DNA of 64,000 nt from the NCBI GenBank assembly GCA_938011325.1, contig CALLUD010000011.1:126901-190900 (forward strand), in the 5' to 3' direction. Below are positions 17,553 through 26,798 of this stretch, piece after piece; positions within the stretch are counted from its first letter, which is position 1, and every line of letters begins with the position of its first letter. A program made the translations under genes and the position numbers. The notes under the pieces were generated by a model. That model saw only the letters and a program-made list of their open reading frames with translations. It did not search any database and had not been told where the DNA came from. The stretch is from an uncultured Spartobacteria bacterium (lineage in GTDB: Bacteria > Verrucomicrobiota > Verrucomicrobiia > Chthoniobacterales > JAATET01).

Positions 17553-19355
17553 ATGACCGAACTCGAAACGATCCGCCACTCCACCGCCCACGTGCTCGCC
17601 ACGGCGATTCTGCGCATCTGGCCCGAGGCCCAATTCGCCGCCGGCCCGCCCGTCGAGCAGGGCTTCTATTACGACGTCGAGCTGCCGCATCGCATCACGC
17701 CCGATGATTTCCCGCGCATCGAGGAGGAGATGCAGAAGGAGATCAAGGCCAACCACAAGTTCGAGCGCATCGAGGTCAGCCGCGAGGAGGCCATCCAGCT
17801 CGCAAAGGAAGGCCGCCTCGCCTCGCTCGGTCCGCGCCCCGAACCCAGCAAATTCAAGCTCGATATCGTCGAGCGCATCCCCGAGGGCGAAACGATCACG
17901 CTGTATCGCAACGGCGACTTCACCGACCTCTGCGCCGGCCCCCACGTCTCGCACACGAGCCGCATCAAGGCCTTCAAGCTCACGCACGTCGCCAGCGCCT
18001 ACTACAAGGGCGACGAAAACAATCCGCAGCTCCAGCGCATCTACGGCACCGCCTTCGCGAACAAGACCGACATGCAGGCGCACTTCGCGATGCTCGAGGA
18101 AGCGAAGAAACGCGACCACCGCAAGATCGGCGCCGAGATGGGCCTCTTCGCGATGGACACCGAATACGTCGGCCCCGGCCTTCCGCTCTGGCTGCCAAAG
18201 GGCACGGTCATCGTCGAGGAACTCGAACGCCTCGCCAAGGAAACCGAATTCGCCGCCGGCTACGTTCGGGTCCGCACCCCGCACCTCGCCCGGGAGAAGA
18301 TGTATAAGACGAGCGGCCACCTGCCCTACTACGAGGAGAGCATGTTCCCGGCGATGGAACTGCAGGATGCTGACGAAAATCCAGACTCGTCGGACAAATA
18401 CTACCTCAAGGCGATGAACTGCCCGCATCACCACCGGGTGTTTGCGGCGGAGCCGAGGAGCTATCGCGACCTGCCGTTGCGGCTCGCGGAATACGGCTGC
18501 TGCTACCGCTACGAGCAGTCGGGCGAGTTGTTCGGCCTCATGCGCGTGCGTTCGCTGAACATGAACGACGCGCACATCTACTGCACCGAGGAGCAGTTCG
18601 CCGAGGAGTTCCGCGCGGTGAACGACATGTATCTGAAGTATTTCCAGATCTTCGGCCTTGAGAAATACGTGATGCGCTTCTCCACGCACGATCCCGGGAA
18701 GCTCGGCCAGAAGTTCGTCAACGAGCCCGAACTGTGGAAAAAGACCGAGGACATGGTGCGCCGCGTCCTCGTCGAGTCGGGCATCAACTTCGTCGAAGTG
18801 CCGAACGAAGCCGCGTTCTACGGACCGAAGATCGACGTGCAGGTCTGGAGCGCAATCGGGCGTGAATTCACCATTGCCACGAACCAGGTCGACTTCGCCG
18901 TGCCAAAGCGCTTCGGCCTCACCTACCGCACGCGCGACAACACCGACGCCACGCCGCTTTGCATTCACCGCGCGCCGCTCGGCACGCACGAGCGATTCAT
19001 CGGATTTCTCATCGAGCACTACGCGGGCAACTTCCCGCTCTGGCTCGCTCCCGAGCAGGTCCGCGTGATCACGATCGGCACCGAGGAGCCCCTTGTCGAA
19101 TACGCGAAGGGCATCCACGCCGAGCTGCGCCGCCATCAGGTCCGCGCCGAACTCGACATCGGCACCGACAACATGAAGGGCAAGATCGCCGACGCCGAGA
19201 AAGCGAAGGTCCACACGATGCTCGTCATCGGCAACCGCGACCTGGAAGCCGGCAACGTCTCCGTGCGTCTCCACGGCAAGGGCAACGTCGGCGCCAAACC
19301 GCGCGACGCCGCCATCGCCGAAATCCTCGAGTCGATCCGCGAGCGGCGGGGATAG
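17553..19355 (+). CDS. thrS: Threonine--tRNA ligase lacking the N-terminal TGS domain
   Basis: Starts at the editing-domain motif IRHSTAHVLATAILRIWPEAQFAAGPPVEQGFYYDVEL. Class II core motifs: KRDHRKIG, MNCPHHH, RVRSLNMNDAHIYC, FYGPKID. Confidence 0.95.
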   Translation: MTELETIRHSTAHVLATAILRIWPEAQFAAGPPVEQGFYYDVELPHRITPDDFPRIEEEMQKEIKANHKFERIEVSREEAIQLAKEGRLASLGPRPEPSKFKLDIVERIPEGETITLYRNGDFTDLCAGPHVSHTSRIKAFKLTHVASAYYKGDENNPQLQRIYGTAFANKTDMQAHFAMLEEAKKRDHRKIGAEMGLFAMDTEYVGPGLPLWLPKGTVIVEELERLAKETEFAAGYVRVRTPHLAREKMYKTSGHLPYYEESMFPAMELQDADENPDSSDKYYLKAMNCPHHHRVFAAEPRSYRDLPLRLAEYGCCYRYEQSGELFGLMRVRSLNMNDAHIYCTEEQFAEEFRAVNDMYLKYFQIFGLEKYVMRFSTHDPGKLGQKFVNEPELWKKTEDMVRRVLVESGINFVEVPNEAAFYGPKIDVQVWSAIGREFTIATNQVDFAVPKRFGLTYRTRDNTDATPLCIHRAPLGTHERFIGFLIEHYAGNFPLWLAPEQVRVITIGTEEPLVEYAKGIHAELRRHQVRAELDIGTDNMKGKIADAEKAKVHTMLVIGNRDLEAGNVSVRLHGKGNVGAKPRDAAIAEILESIRERRG

Positions 19356-19457
19356 GATTCCCCGACAGGCTCCTCACAAGAAGGCGCGCCTCTTACCGCA
19401 CCAAGGCGGAAACCGCCTGCCCGGTATCGAGCGCGCCACTTGACGCAACGGACGCCG

Positions 19458-19952
19458 CTATCCTCCGAAACTCCGCGCGTCGTCGGTTTCGAGGTAATCG
19501 AAGAGCGTGAGGGTCTTCGCGTCGAGGCCAAGGCGTTCGGCTTCCCGCGTGATGAAATCCCTCATTGCGGGAACCTCGTAAGGAACGAGCTTTTCCATCT
19601 GCTCGTTCCACGCCTCCTTTTCCTCGGGCGTCTTGGGACGGCCCACGCCGTCGAGCCAGCGCGCGATTGCCTCATCGTCCGCGCCACTCTCGACCTGCTG
19701 ACGCAGGTCCGGGTATTCGACGCCTTTCCAATCGAGGAGCAAGTGGTCCGTCGGGCAGTCGGTGTGGTAATCGCCGACAGTTCCGGCGATATCCGCGCGG
19801 CACTTGTCAATCGCGCGGCCAAGAATGACGTATCCGCCCACCCGCTCGCGCGGGCTGCGTGGTGGTTGTCGGGTCAGATCGGGAGCTTCCATGGTTATGG
19901 GATTCGAATTCCGCGCGTCCATTGCGCGGAATTTATGGAAATCTCCCTGCAT
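19458..19952 (-). CDS. DUF5069-like protein
   Basis: DLTRQPPRSPRERVGGYVILGRAIDKCRADIAG...DCPTDHLLLDW. Its ATG overlaps the stop of the upstream Rieske gene (TGATG). Confidence 0.7.
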   Translation of the reverse strand: MQGDFHKFRAMDARNSNPITMEAPDLTRQPPRSPRERVGGYVILGRAIDKCRADIAGTVGDYHTDCPTDHLLLDWKGVEYPDLRQQVESGADDEAIARWLDGVGRPKTPEEKEAWNEQMEKLVPYEVPAMRDFITREAERLGLDAKTLTLFDYLETDDARSFGG

Positions 19953-20938
19953 CACGCTGTGCCGAAGGTCAACCCAAGGCGGCGGACGTATTGGCGGTAG
20001 GCAATGGCCAGCCGGTCCGAGGGCAGGTGGAGCTCCTCCGCCAGGTCGAGGGGGAGACGCTCGGGACGCTGCGACGTGACGATGGGGACATCCTGCGCGA
20101 AGATTTGATCCTGAAACGCCGCCATTCCCGCATCATCGGCTGGATCTCCGTAGTTTACGAAGATTGTGAAATAGCCCGTGCTCTCCGCCTCGGCGACCGG
20201 CGCCACCGCAAAAAGCAGCGCGAAGACCTTTCCGTCCGCCATCCGCTTGCGCAGATACGCGGAAAATGGCGAGAGCACCCCGTATTCGTAGGTCACCTCG
20301 CCCGCCTGCCCCGTGCCCTCCGGGTTCGGCTGAAAAATACGAATGTCCCGCGCGAAGGGCCTGCCGTCGATCCACTCCACGTCGTAAGGCGCGATCTCCG
20401 CCTGGCTCGCGACCCCCAGCGCGCCCTCGTGAACGATGGGCAGGTGCGCCACATCGAGAAAGTTCTCAAGCAGCCGCGGCGCACCCGCTTCGGCAGAATA
20501 AGGGCCGCACGGAATCGCGCGAAAAGCCGGATCGGAAAACTCGTCGATCACCGGCAGCGGCGGCGGGTTTTCCGAGAGTGAAGCCCAGAGCAGTCCGCCG
20601 GCCTCCCGCGATGCGAAGGTTTTCACTCGTGCGCGCGGCGGTGGATTCATCGACGGATGCGCCGGCATCCTCACGCAGCGCCCCGACTCGTCGTAGGTCC
20701 ACCCGTGGTAGGGGCATCGCAACGCGCAGCCGCTCTCGACACGTCCGAGCGACAGCTTCACGCCGCGATGAATGCACAGGTCCTGCCAGACGTGCACACC
20801 TCCCGTCCCCTGCCAGACCACGACGTCCTCACCCAGCAGTTTCGCGGCCTTGATCGCACCGGCGGCCAGCTCCGCGCCGTGCGCCACGGGATGCCACGCA
20901 TCGACGACGACAGGATCGCTGGAAAGGAGGTTCGCCAT
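19952..20938 (-). CDS. Rieske [2Fe-2S] non-heme iron oxygenase (PaO/aromatic ring-hydroxylating type)
   Basis: Rieske motif CIHRGVKLSLG...CPYHGW, followed by a catalytic domain. Confidence 0.85.
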   Translation of the reverse strand: MANLLSSDPVVVDAWHPVAHGAELAAGAIKAAKLLGEDVVVWQGTGGVHVWQDLCIHRGVKLSLGRVESGCALRCPYHGWTYDESGRCVRMPAHPSMNPPPRARVKTFASREAGGLLWASLSENPPPLPVIDEFSDPAFRAIPCGPYSAEAGAPRLLENFLDVAHLPIVHEGALGVASQAEIAPYDVEWIDGRPFARDIRIFQPNPEGTGQAGEVTYEYGVLSPFSAYLRKRMADGKVFALLFAVAPVAEAESTGYFTIFVNYGDPADDAGMAAFQDQIFAQDVPIVTSQRPERLPLDLAEELHLPSDRLAIAYRQYVRRLGLTFGTA

Positions 20939-21091
20939 GGGCCGCGCCGATGATAGCGACCCCGGTTATTTTGCTCAAAACTTCCCGGTCCGGAATTCCC
21001 TTCCACAGAGAGAGACGCGACGCCGCCAGTTGCATCGATCCCTGTTTGGGTCGACAGTCTCCTCATCAACGTCCTTCAGACGTCTCCATTA

Positions 21092-21961
21092 ATGCGTAAC
21101 AATTCCATCCTTCATTCCCTCGGCATTTTCCTGTCGTCGGTGGCCTCGATCTTCTCGGGCCACGCGCTCCACGGGTCTGCCATGGACATGAAGGATTTTT
21201 CGAAGAAGAAGTTCCGCCCGGCCAACTCGATCGGCGGAAAGAAACCTTCGGCCATCCCCGGTGAATGGGCGAATCCCAATGGCCGCGACCGTTACCCATG
21301 GCGGACCGGCATTGTCACCACCACATTCTGGATCGGCGAAAAGCCCACGCAGAACAACCCGGTGCCAAATCACAAAAGCTCTTGGGACACGAAGTGGGCC
21401 GAAAACTATGGCGGCACGGACACGCCCGACCGCAGGCGACGCACCGCCGACTACACCCCTGCGGGATTCACGCCAGGGCAGAACCCGTTCTACGTCGCCC
21501 TGCCCTACAACGATCTGACTTCAAAAGGGCACAAGCCCGAGGCGAGAAAGGTCATTCCGTGGTTCGACGAAGCCTACGAGAACGACCACAAGTCCGTGCT
21601 CAAAGGGCGATGGATCGCGATCCGGTTCAAGGACCGCATCTGCTACGCGCAATGGGAGGATGTGGGGCCGTTCCGCACCGATCACTGGGAATACGTCTTC
21701 GGCAACGAACGCCCCAAGCCGAACCTCAATCGCGGCGCCGGCCTCGACGTGTCCCCCGCCGTTCGCGACTACCTCGGCATGGCTGATACGGACGTAACCG
21801 ACTGGAAATTTGTCGAGTTCCACGAGGTGCCGCCCGGCCCTTGGGCGCGCTACGGAGAGAACAACACCTTCGTCATCAATCGTCGCGCCGCGGCCGAGGC
21901 GCATGTGGAAACGGACCACGAATTTCCCGACATCGTCGATGTTGAGGAATTGCGGAAATGA
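21092..21961 (+). CDS. Secreted hypothetical protein with an RlpA-like double-psi beta-barrel-like segment
   Basis: Signal peptide. KGRWIAIRFKDRICYAQWEDVGPF...GAGLDVSPAVRDYLG resembles the DPBB pattern (D-x-GPF ... DLS-x-A). Confidence 0.65.
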   Translation: MRNNSILHSLGIFLSSVASIFSGHALHGSAMDMKDFSKKKFRPANSIGGKKPSAIPGEWANPNGRDRYPWRTGIVTTTFWIGEKPTQNNPVPNHKSSWDTKWAENYGGTDTPDRRRRTADYTPAGFTPGQNPFYVALPYNDLTSKGHKPEARKVIPWFDEAYENDHKSVLKGRWIAIRFKDRICYAQWEDVGPFRTDHWEYVFGNERPKPNLNRGAGLDVSPAVRDYLGMADTDVTDWKFVEFHEVPPGPWARYGENNTFVINRRAAAEAHVETDHEFPDIVDVEELRK

Positions 21962-22242
21962 TGCTGCCACCGGAGGCTTCGAACGCGACTGCAATTTGCA
22001 ACTTTTTCCGCTTGCGCACCGGCCGGCTCTTTTGCACCTTCACCCACGCATCTGAGTATCGATGCACGATTGTTCCGAAGATTGAGCATGCCATTTACCC
22101 TTTGCGAAAACTGATCTCATGCGGTGCATGAGTGTCCATTTTTCGTGCCGATCTTTCGGACCGCGCCCTCACCTTCCATGAGGTATTTCGCGCCCATTCA
22201 CTTTAACCAACCACGTCTATTCCTATTCGAAACAAACGTCCC

Positions 22243-22863
22243 TTGAACCGCCGCGATCGCCGCGAACCCGAACATCGTGTGAATGAGCGGATCCGTGCCC
22301 GCGAAGTCCGCGTCATTCTCGCGTCCACCGGAGAGCAACTCGGCGTCATGCGCACCGATGAAGCGATTCGAACCGCAAAAAGCCACGGTCTCGATCTCGT
22401 CGAAGTTGCGCCGAACGCCCAGCCGCCCGTCTGTCGCATCGTCGACTACGGAAAATTCCGTTACGAGCAGGCCAAGCACGAGAAGGAAAAGAAGCACTCG
22501 GTCAACAAGGTCAAGGAGATCAAATTCCGCGCGAACATCGACGAGCACGACTACCTCACGAAGATCCGTCGCGCGGAGTCGTTCCTCAACAAGGGCAACA
22601 AGCTCAAGGTCGGCCTGCAATTCCGCGGGCGTGAAATGGCGCACCAGGAAATCGGCCGCGCCGTGCTCGAGCGCGTGAAGGAAGACCTCGCCACGATGGC
22701 CCATGTGGACATGGAGCCGAAAATGACCGGCCGCGCGCTCGGAATGACGCTCAGCCCGCTGCCCGCGAACAAGCGCAAGCTCCGTTTCACGGCGCCCGAC
22801 GACCATTTCGACGACGAGGACGATCACGACCACGACCATCACGACGACGACGATGGCGAGTGA
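22243..22863 (+). CDS. infC: Translation initiation factor IF-3 with an Asp/His-rich C-terminal tail
   Basis: NERIRAREVRVI...LDLVEVAPNAQPPVCRIVDYGKFRYEQ...KEIKFRANIDEHDY. The track start is a TTG; in-frame ATT codons at 22219 and 22225 follow a TAA at 22204. Confidence 0.9.
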   Translation: MNRRDRREPEHRVNERIRAREVRVILASTGEQLGVMRTDEAIRTAKSHGLDLVEVAPNAQPPVCRIVDYGKFRYEQAKHEKEKKHSVNKVKEIKFRANIDEHDYLTKIRRAESFLNKGNKLKVGLQFRGREMAHQEIGRAVLERVKEDLATMAHVDMEPKMTGRALGMTLSPLPANKRKLRFTAPDDHFDDEDDHDHDHHDDDDGE

Positions 22864-23548
22864 CGGAGGGCGGCGTCTGCTGCTCTTCGACATTGACGGG
22901 ACGTTGATCACCTCCGGTGGCGCCGGCGAAAGCGCCCTGCGCGAAGCGGTTCGGGAACGCTTCGGCGAGCACGAGGATCTTGAGGGAATTGTCATTGCCG
23001 GCGCAACCGACGCGCTCATCGCGCACCAGCTGCTTACCAAGCACGGCCGGCCGATCACCCCCGAGAATATTTCGGCGATTCTCGACTCGTATCTCAACCA
23101 CCTGCCGAAACGCCTGCCCCAGCACAAGGGCCGCGTGCTGCCCGGAATTCTCGAACTCCTCGAGCGACTGAAAAATCGCAGCGACTGCGTGGTCGCCCTG
23201 CTCACCGGCAACTTGCGACGCGGCGCGGAAATCAAGCTCACCCACTACGGGGTCTGGCATTACTTCGAATTCGGCGCGTTCGCCGACGACCACCACGATC
23301 GCAACGAACTCGGAAAATTCGCCGCGGCCCGCGCGCAGGAGAGGCACGGCGAGGAGTTTCCGCCTGAGCGCATTTACATCATCGGCGACACCCCGCGGGA
23401 CATCGAATGCGGAAAGGCGATCGGCGCGAAGACGGTCGCCATCGCGACCGGGAACTACCCCCTCTCCGTGCTGGAGAGCCATCAGCCGGATTTTCTTTTC
23501 AGCGATCTCAGCGACACCGAGGCCGTGCTCAGCGCACTGCTCGACTGA
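22853..23548 (+). CDS. HAD-superfamily hydrolase (phosphoglycolate phosphatase-like)
   Basis: LLLFDIDGTLI (DxD motif), LTGN, YIIGDTPRDIECG. Confidence 0.85.
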   Translation: MASDGGRRLLLFDIDGTLITSGGAGESALREAVRERFGEHEDLEGIVIAGATDALIAHQLLTKHGRPITPENISAILDSYLNHLPKRLPQHKGRVLPGILELLERLKNRSDCVVALLTGNLRRGAEIKLTHYGVWHYFEFGAFADDHHDRNELGKFAAARAQERHGEEFPPERIYIIGDTPRDIECGKAIGAKTVAIATGNYPLSVLESHQPDFLFSDLSDTEAVLSALLD

Positions 23549-24587
23549 TCACTTCGAGCGTTCGTCTCGTATTTTCGGCGACGGAATACCGGCTCGCCAG
23601 CTCCCGGCAACGGGAACGAGCCTCGGCGGCGCGTTCCCGCCAGAATTCAAGAGCCTGCCGTAAAGCGCCAGCGTCTCCGGGCTCGAAGACCGTTCCATGT
23701 TCGCCGTTGGAAATGATCTCGGAAAACCCGTTCGCCGAAGTCGTCAGCACCGGCAGTCCCGCGGCCAGCGCTTCCAGACACGCATTGGAAAACGGATCGT
23801 AAATCGTCGGCAACACGAACACATCGGCGGCCGCAAAGTCCGGCTGGAGATTCGACTGGGGGCCGAGAAATGTGACACCGACCGGCACCTCCCGGGGCGG
23901 ACGTCCCTTCCCGGCGACGAGCATCTTCACGCCACGCATGCCCTTCACGGCAGCGATCGCCGTCTCGAGCCCTTTCCGCTCCCAACCACTGCCGGCGAAA
24001 AGCGCCACGAAATCCCCATCCGCCAGTCCGAGTTCCGCGCGACGCGCTGCGCGCAGATTCTCCGCAACCAGCGGCGAATCGTATCCGTTGGGAATCACCT
24101 CGATATTCCCGGCCGGATACCCGTAGTGCGCCACGATCTCGTCGCGCACCATGCGGGAATTCGCGATCACGAATCGCGCCGCACGTCTTGCAAACATCTC
24201 CGCCTCCAGCTCGAGCAGCTCGCGATGTTTTCCGTTCGTCCATCGGGTCCAGCGCTTCCACGCCGGCTCGAACTTTGCGCGCCGCTCGAGCCAGGCCCGA
24301 TGCACTCCGTCGCCCGCTCGATAGACATCGCAGGCGGCAATTCGCTCCAGACTGAAGACCACATCACATCCCGTCGCCGCGCGCTGAATTCCCTTCGAAA
24401 ACTGCAGCGGTGAACGCCCGTCGATTCGCACGATGTATTCATTCGGCCACCGATCGGCCGGCCACTCCTTCGAGGTCAAGAGAACAGGAGTGTGTCCCCT
24501 CGCAGCGACGCCATCCGCGAGCCGAAGCAGATACGCTTCCGCGCCCCCGGTGGGCGAATAACCGCGACGGACAAATCCCACTTTCAT
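23529..24587 (-). CDS. Glycosyltransferase family 4 (GT-B, WaaG-like)
   Basis: MKVGFVRRGYSPTGGAEAYLLRLADGV...; C-terminal VFVLPTIYDPFSNACLEALAAGLPVLTT. Start taken at the ATG at 24587. Confidence 0.85.
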   Translation of the reverse strand: MKVGFVRRGYSPTGGAEAYLLRLADGVAARGHTPVLLTSKEWPADRWPNEYIVRIDGRSPLQFSKGIQRAATGCDVVFSLERIAACDVYRAGDGVHRAWLERRAKFEPAWKRWTRWTNGKHRELLELEAEMFARRAARFVIANSRMVRDEIVAHYGYPAGNIEVIPNGYDSPLVAENLRAARRAELGLADGDFVALFAGSGWERKGLETAIAAVKGMRGVKMLVAGKGRPPREVPVGVTFLGPQSNLQPDFAAADVFVLPTIYDPFSNACLEALAAGLPVLTTSANGFSEIISNGEHGTVFEPGDAGALRQALEFWRERAAEARSRCRELASRYSVAENTRRTLEVISRAVR

Positions 24588-25818
24588 GCGCAAAATGGTA
24601 GGGCGCTTCGGCAAAAAGCGCCGTAGAATTCCGCACCTCGTGACCACTTCCCGCAGTCAGCCACGCTCGCTTCTCTACTCGATCGCCGCTGGAATCGGCG
24701 GAAGCGGTCTCGATCAGGTAGCCGGGGAATCCCTGCGCCTTGCCGTCGAGGAAGACTTCCTTGGCAGGGCAATCGCCTATTCCAACAAAAAGCGGATCGT
24801 TCCCGCCGATCGCATCGAGCTGCTCCACCGCCATCCCGTGAAGCTGCTCTCGTTCATGGATCGCGAACACTACGTCGGCGCGAGAAAGCATGCACTCGAT
24901 GCGCGCGCCGCACGGAATCTGGCCACGCGGAAATTCGATCTTCTCCACACGTGGTCCGGCGAATCCGTGCGATCCCTGCGCGTTGCCCGCGAACTCGGAA
25001 TTCCCTCGGTTCTGGAAATTCCCACCTGGCATCGCAACAAGGGAAAAATCAAAAAGGACAAGACATGGAGTGAGATTCAGCGCGACGCCGCGCCGTTCCC
25101 GAGGAGCGTTCTGAACCGATTGCTCGTGACCCGGCAACAGGTCATGGAGGAATACGCCCTCGCCACGCTGATCCTTGTGTTGTCCGAAAAGGCGCGTGAG
25201 ACGTTTCTCATCGCGGGTGTGCCCGGGGAAAAACTCTTCCTCACATCACGCGGCGTCGATGTTGATCGTTTCACGCCCGCGCCGGCACCACCGGAGAAGT
25301 TCCGCGCCATCTTTGTCGGCTCGCTAATCAAGCGAAAAGGCGTGCACCATCTGCTGGATGTCTGGAAGAAACTCGCGCTGCCCGAGTCGGAGCTCGTGCT
25401 CGTGGGCAGCCCCTCGAAGGAAATCGCGCCACACCTCGCCGCAGCCCCTTCGAACGTGGTCGTGCGCGGTTTTGTCGAAGACGTGCCCTCGGCGTTGCGT
25501 GCCGCGGCCGTTCACATTTTTCCAAGCGAGTGCGAGGGCAGTGCCAAGGCCACCTACGAGGCCGCCGCATGCGGCCTGCCGCAGATCACCACGCGCGAAT
25601 CGGGCGATGTCGTCGTCGACGGCGAGAACGGCCTCGTGATCCCGCCAAACGACCCCGACGCGCTGGCCGAAGCAATTCGAAAACTGCACGCCGACCGCGA
25701 TCTGGCGGCGCGAATGGGAGCTGCCGGGCGCAAACGGGTCGTCGAGCAGTTCACGTGGGATCATTTCCGCGAACGCCTGCGCAACGCCTACCACCGGGCC
25801 ATGGAACTTTCCCGATGA
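24586..25818 (+). CDS. Glycosyltransferase family 4
   Basis: FVGSLIKRKGVHHLL...HIFPSECEGSAKATYEAAACGLPQITT...GENGLVIP. The start is uncertain; a GTG at 24640 is an alternative. Confidence 0.85.
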   Translation: MRKMVGRFGKKRRRIPHLVTTSRSQPRSLLYSIAAGIGGSGLDQVAGESLRLAVEEDFLGRAIAYSNKKRIVPADRIELLHRHPVKLLSFMDREHYVGARKHALDARAARNLATRKFDLLHTWSGESVRSLRVARELGIPSVLEIPTWHRNKGKIKKDKTWSEIQRDAAPFPRSVLNRLLVTRQQVMEEYALATLILVLSEKARETFLIAGVPGEKLFLTSRGVDVDRFTPAPAPPEKFRAIFVGSLIKRKGVHHLLDVWKKLALPESELVLVGSPSKEIAPHLAAAPSNVVVRGFVEDVPSALRAAAVHIFPSECEGSAKATYEAAACGLPQITTRESGDVVVDGENGLVIPPNDPDALAEAIRKLHADRDLAARMGAAGRKRVVEQFTWDHFRERLRNAYHRAMELSR

Positions 25819-26798
25819 TGCGTGTGCTCGTGATCCAGTTGAAGCGGATCGGCGACCTTCTGCTCACCACGCCATTGCTTTCCGTATTACGCGAGCAGGT
25901 GCCGGATATCCATCTCACGCTCGCCATCGATGCCGCCACCTCGCCGCTCGCACCCGCCATCGACGCGGACCGTGTGCTGGTCTTCCAACGCGGCCTCGCC
26001 GGCCTCTCCTTTTGGCGCGCCATCGCCGCGGAACGCTTCGACCTCGCCCTGGACGTCACCGGAAATGACCGCTCCGCACTCGTCGCCGCACTTTCGAAAG
26101 CCAGAAAACGCGTGACGTGGCAGCGCTTCCAAAAGCGTCCGTTCCGGAAACTCGTCTACACGGATTTCGTCGATTCCTCCGTTCGTGATCGCCACACCGC
26201 CGACCACCACACGGACCTGCTTCGCGCACTCGACATCCACGTCGAGGGAGTCCCCACGGAGCTTCGACTGCCAGCGAAAGCGGTGGAGGAAGCGGCGTCC
26301 GTGTTGAAGGATCTGCCACCGCGATTTGCGGTCGTGCACCCCGGCACCGCGCGTGCCGAAAAATTCTGGCTGCCGGAGCGCTGGTCGGAGGTCATTCGAT
26401 TTCTCGAGGAGGAAATGGGCCTTCCGGTCGTGGTGACGGGTTCCAACGCACCGATGGAAAGGGAACATATCGCTGCGATCGCTGCGCACCGGCCAATTCG
26501 CTCTCTCGCAGGGAAACTGAGCCTTCTCGGAACGGCGGCGCTGATTCAGCGCGCCACGGTCGTTTGCTCGGTCGATTCCGCGCCGGTTCATCTCGCGGAC
26601 GCGCTGGGCACGCCGGTCGTGGCACTTTTCGGTCCCACGAATCCCTTTCACTGGCGTCCCCGCCGCAGTCGATCAATCGTCGTCCGATCCGCGGGCGCCG
26701 GCCCGATTCGACCAAAGGACCCCGGTTCTCCGATGTCCGAAATTTCCACGGATCTCGTGCGTGACGCGGTGAAACAACTATTGAGCGGGAGCCGCTAG
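25815..26798 (+). CDS. Glycosyltransferase family 9 (heptosyltransferase-like)
   Basis: MMRVLVIQLKRIGDLLLTTPLLSVLRE..., SLLGTAALIQRATVVCSVDSAPVHLADALGTPVVALFGPT. Its ATG overlaps the upstream stop (ATGA). Confidence 0.85.
   Translation: MMRVLVIQLKRIGDLLLTTPLLSVLREQVPDIHLTLAIDAATSPLAPAIDADRVLVFQRGLAGLSFWRAIAAERFDLALDVTGNDRSALVAALSKARKRVTWQRFQKRPFRKLVYTDFVDSSVRDRHTADHHTDLLRALDIHVEGVPTELRLPAKAVEEAASVLKDLPPRFAVVHPGTARAEKFWLPERWSEVIRFLEEEMGLPVVVTGSNAPMEREHIAAIAAHRPIRSLAGKLSLLGTAALIQRATVVCSVDSAPVHLADALGTPVVALFGPTNPFHWRPRRSRSIVVRSAGAGPIRPKDPGSPMSEISTDLVRDAVKQLLSGSR

Noticed and set aside
17343-19274. 643-aa minus-strand ORF
   Set aside because: It is antisense to thrS.
19400-19420. Hairpin aggcgg-aaa-ccgcct between the convergent thrS and DUF5069 genes, considered as a terminator
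   Set aside because: The stem is only 6 bp and there is no U-tract on either strand, so the evidence is too weak to call.
22116-22146. Inverted repeat ctcatgc-ggt-gcatgag followed by a T-run upstream of infC, considered as an attenuator or ncRNA
   Set aside because: The stem is short and A/T-containing, and the T-run is separated from it by several nucleotides. No known leader family was recognised. It cannot be supported without covariance data.
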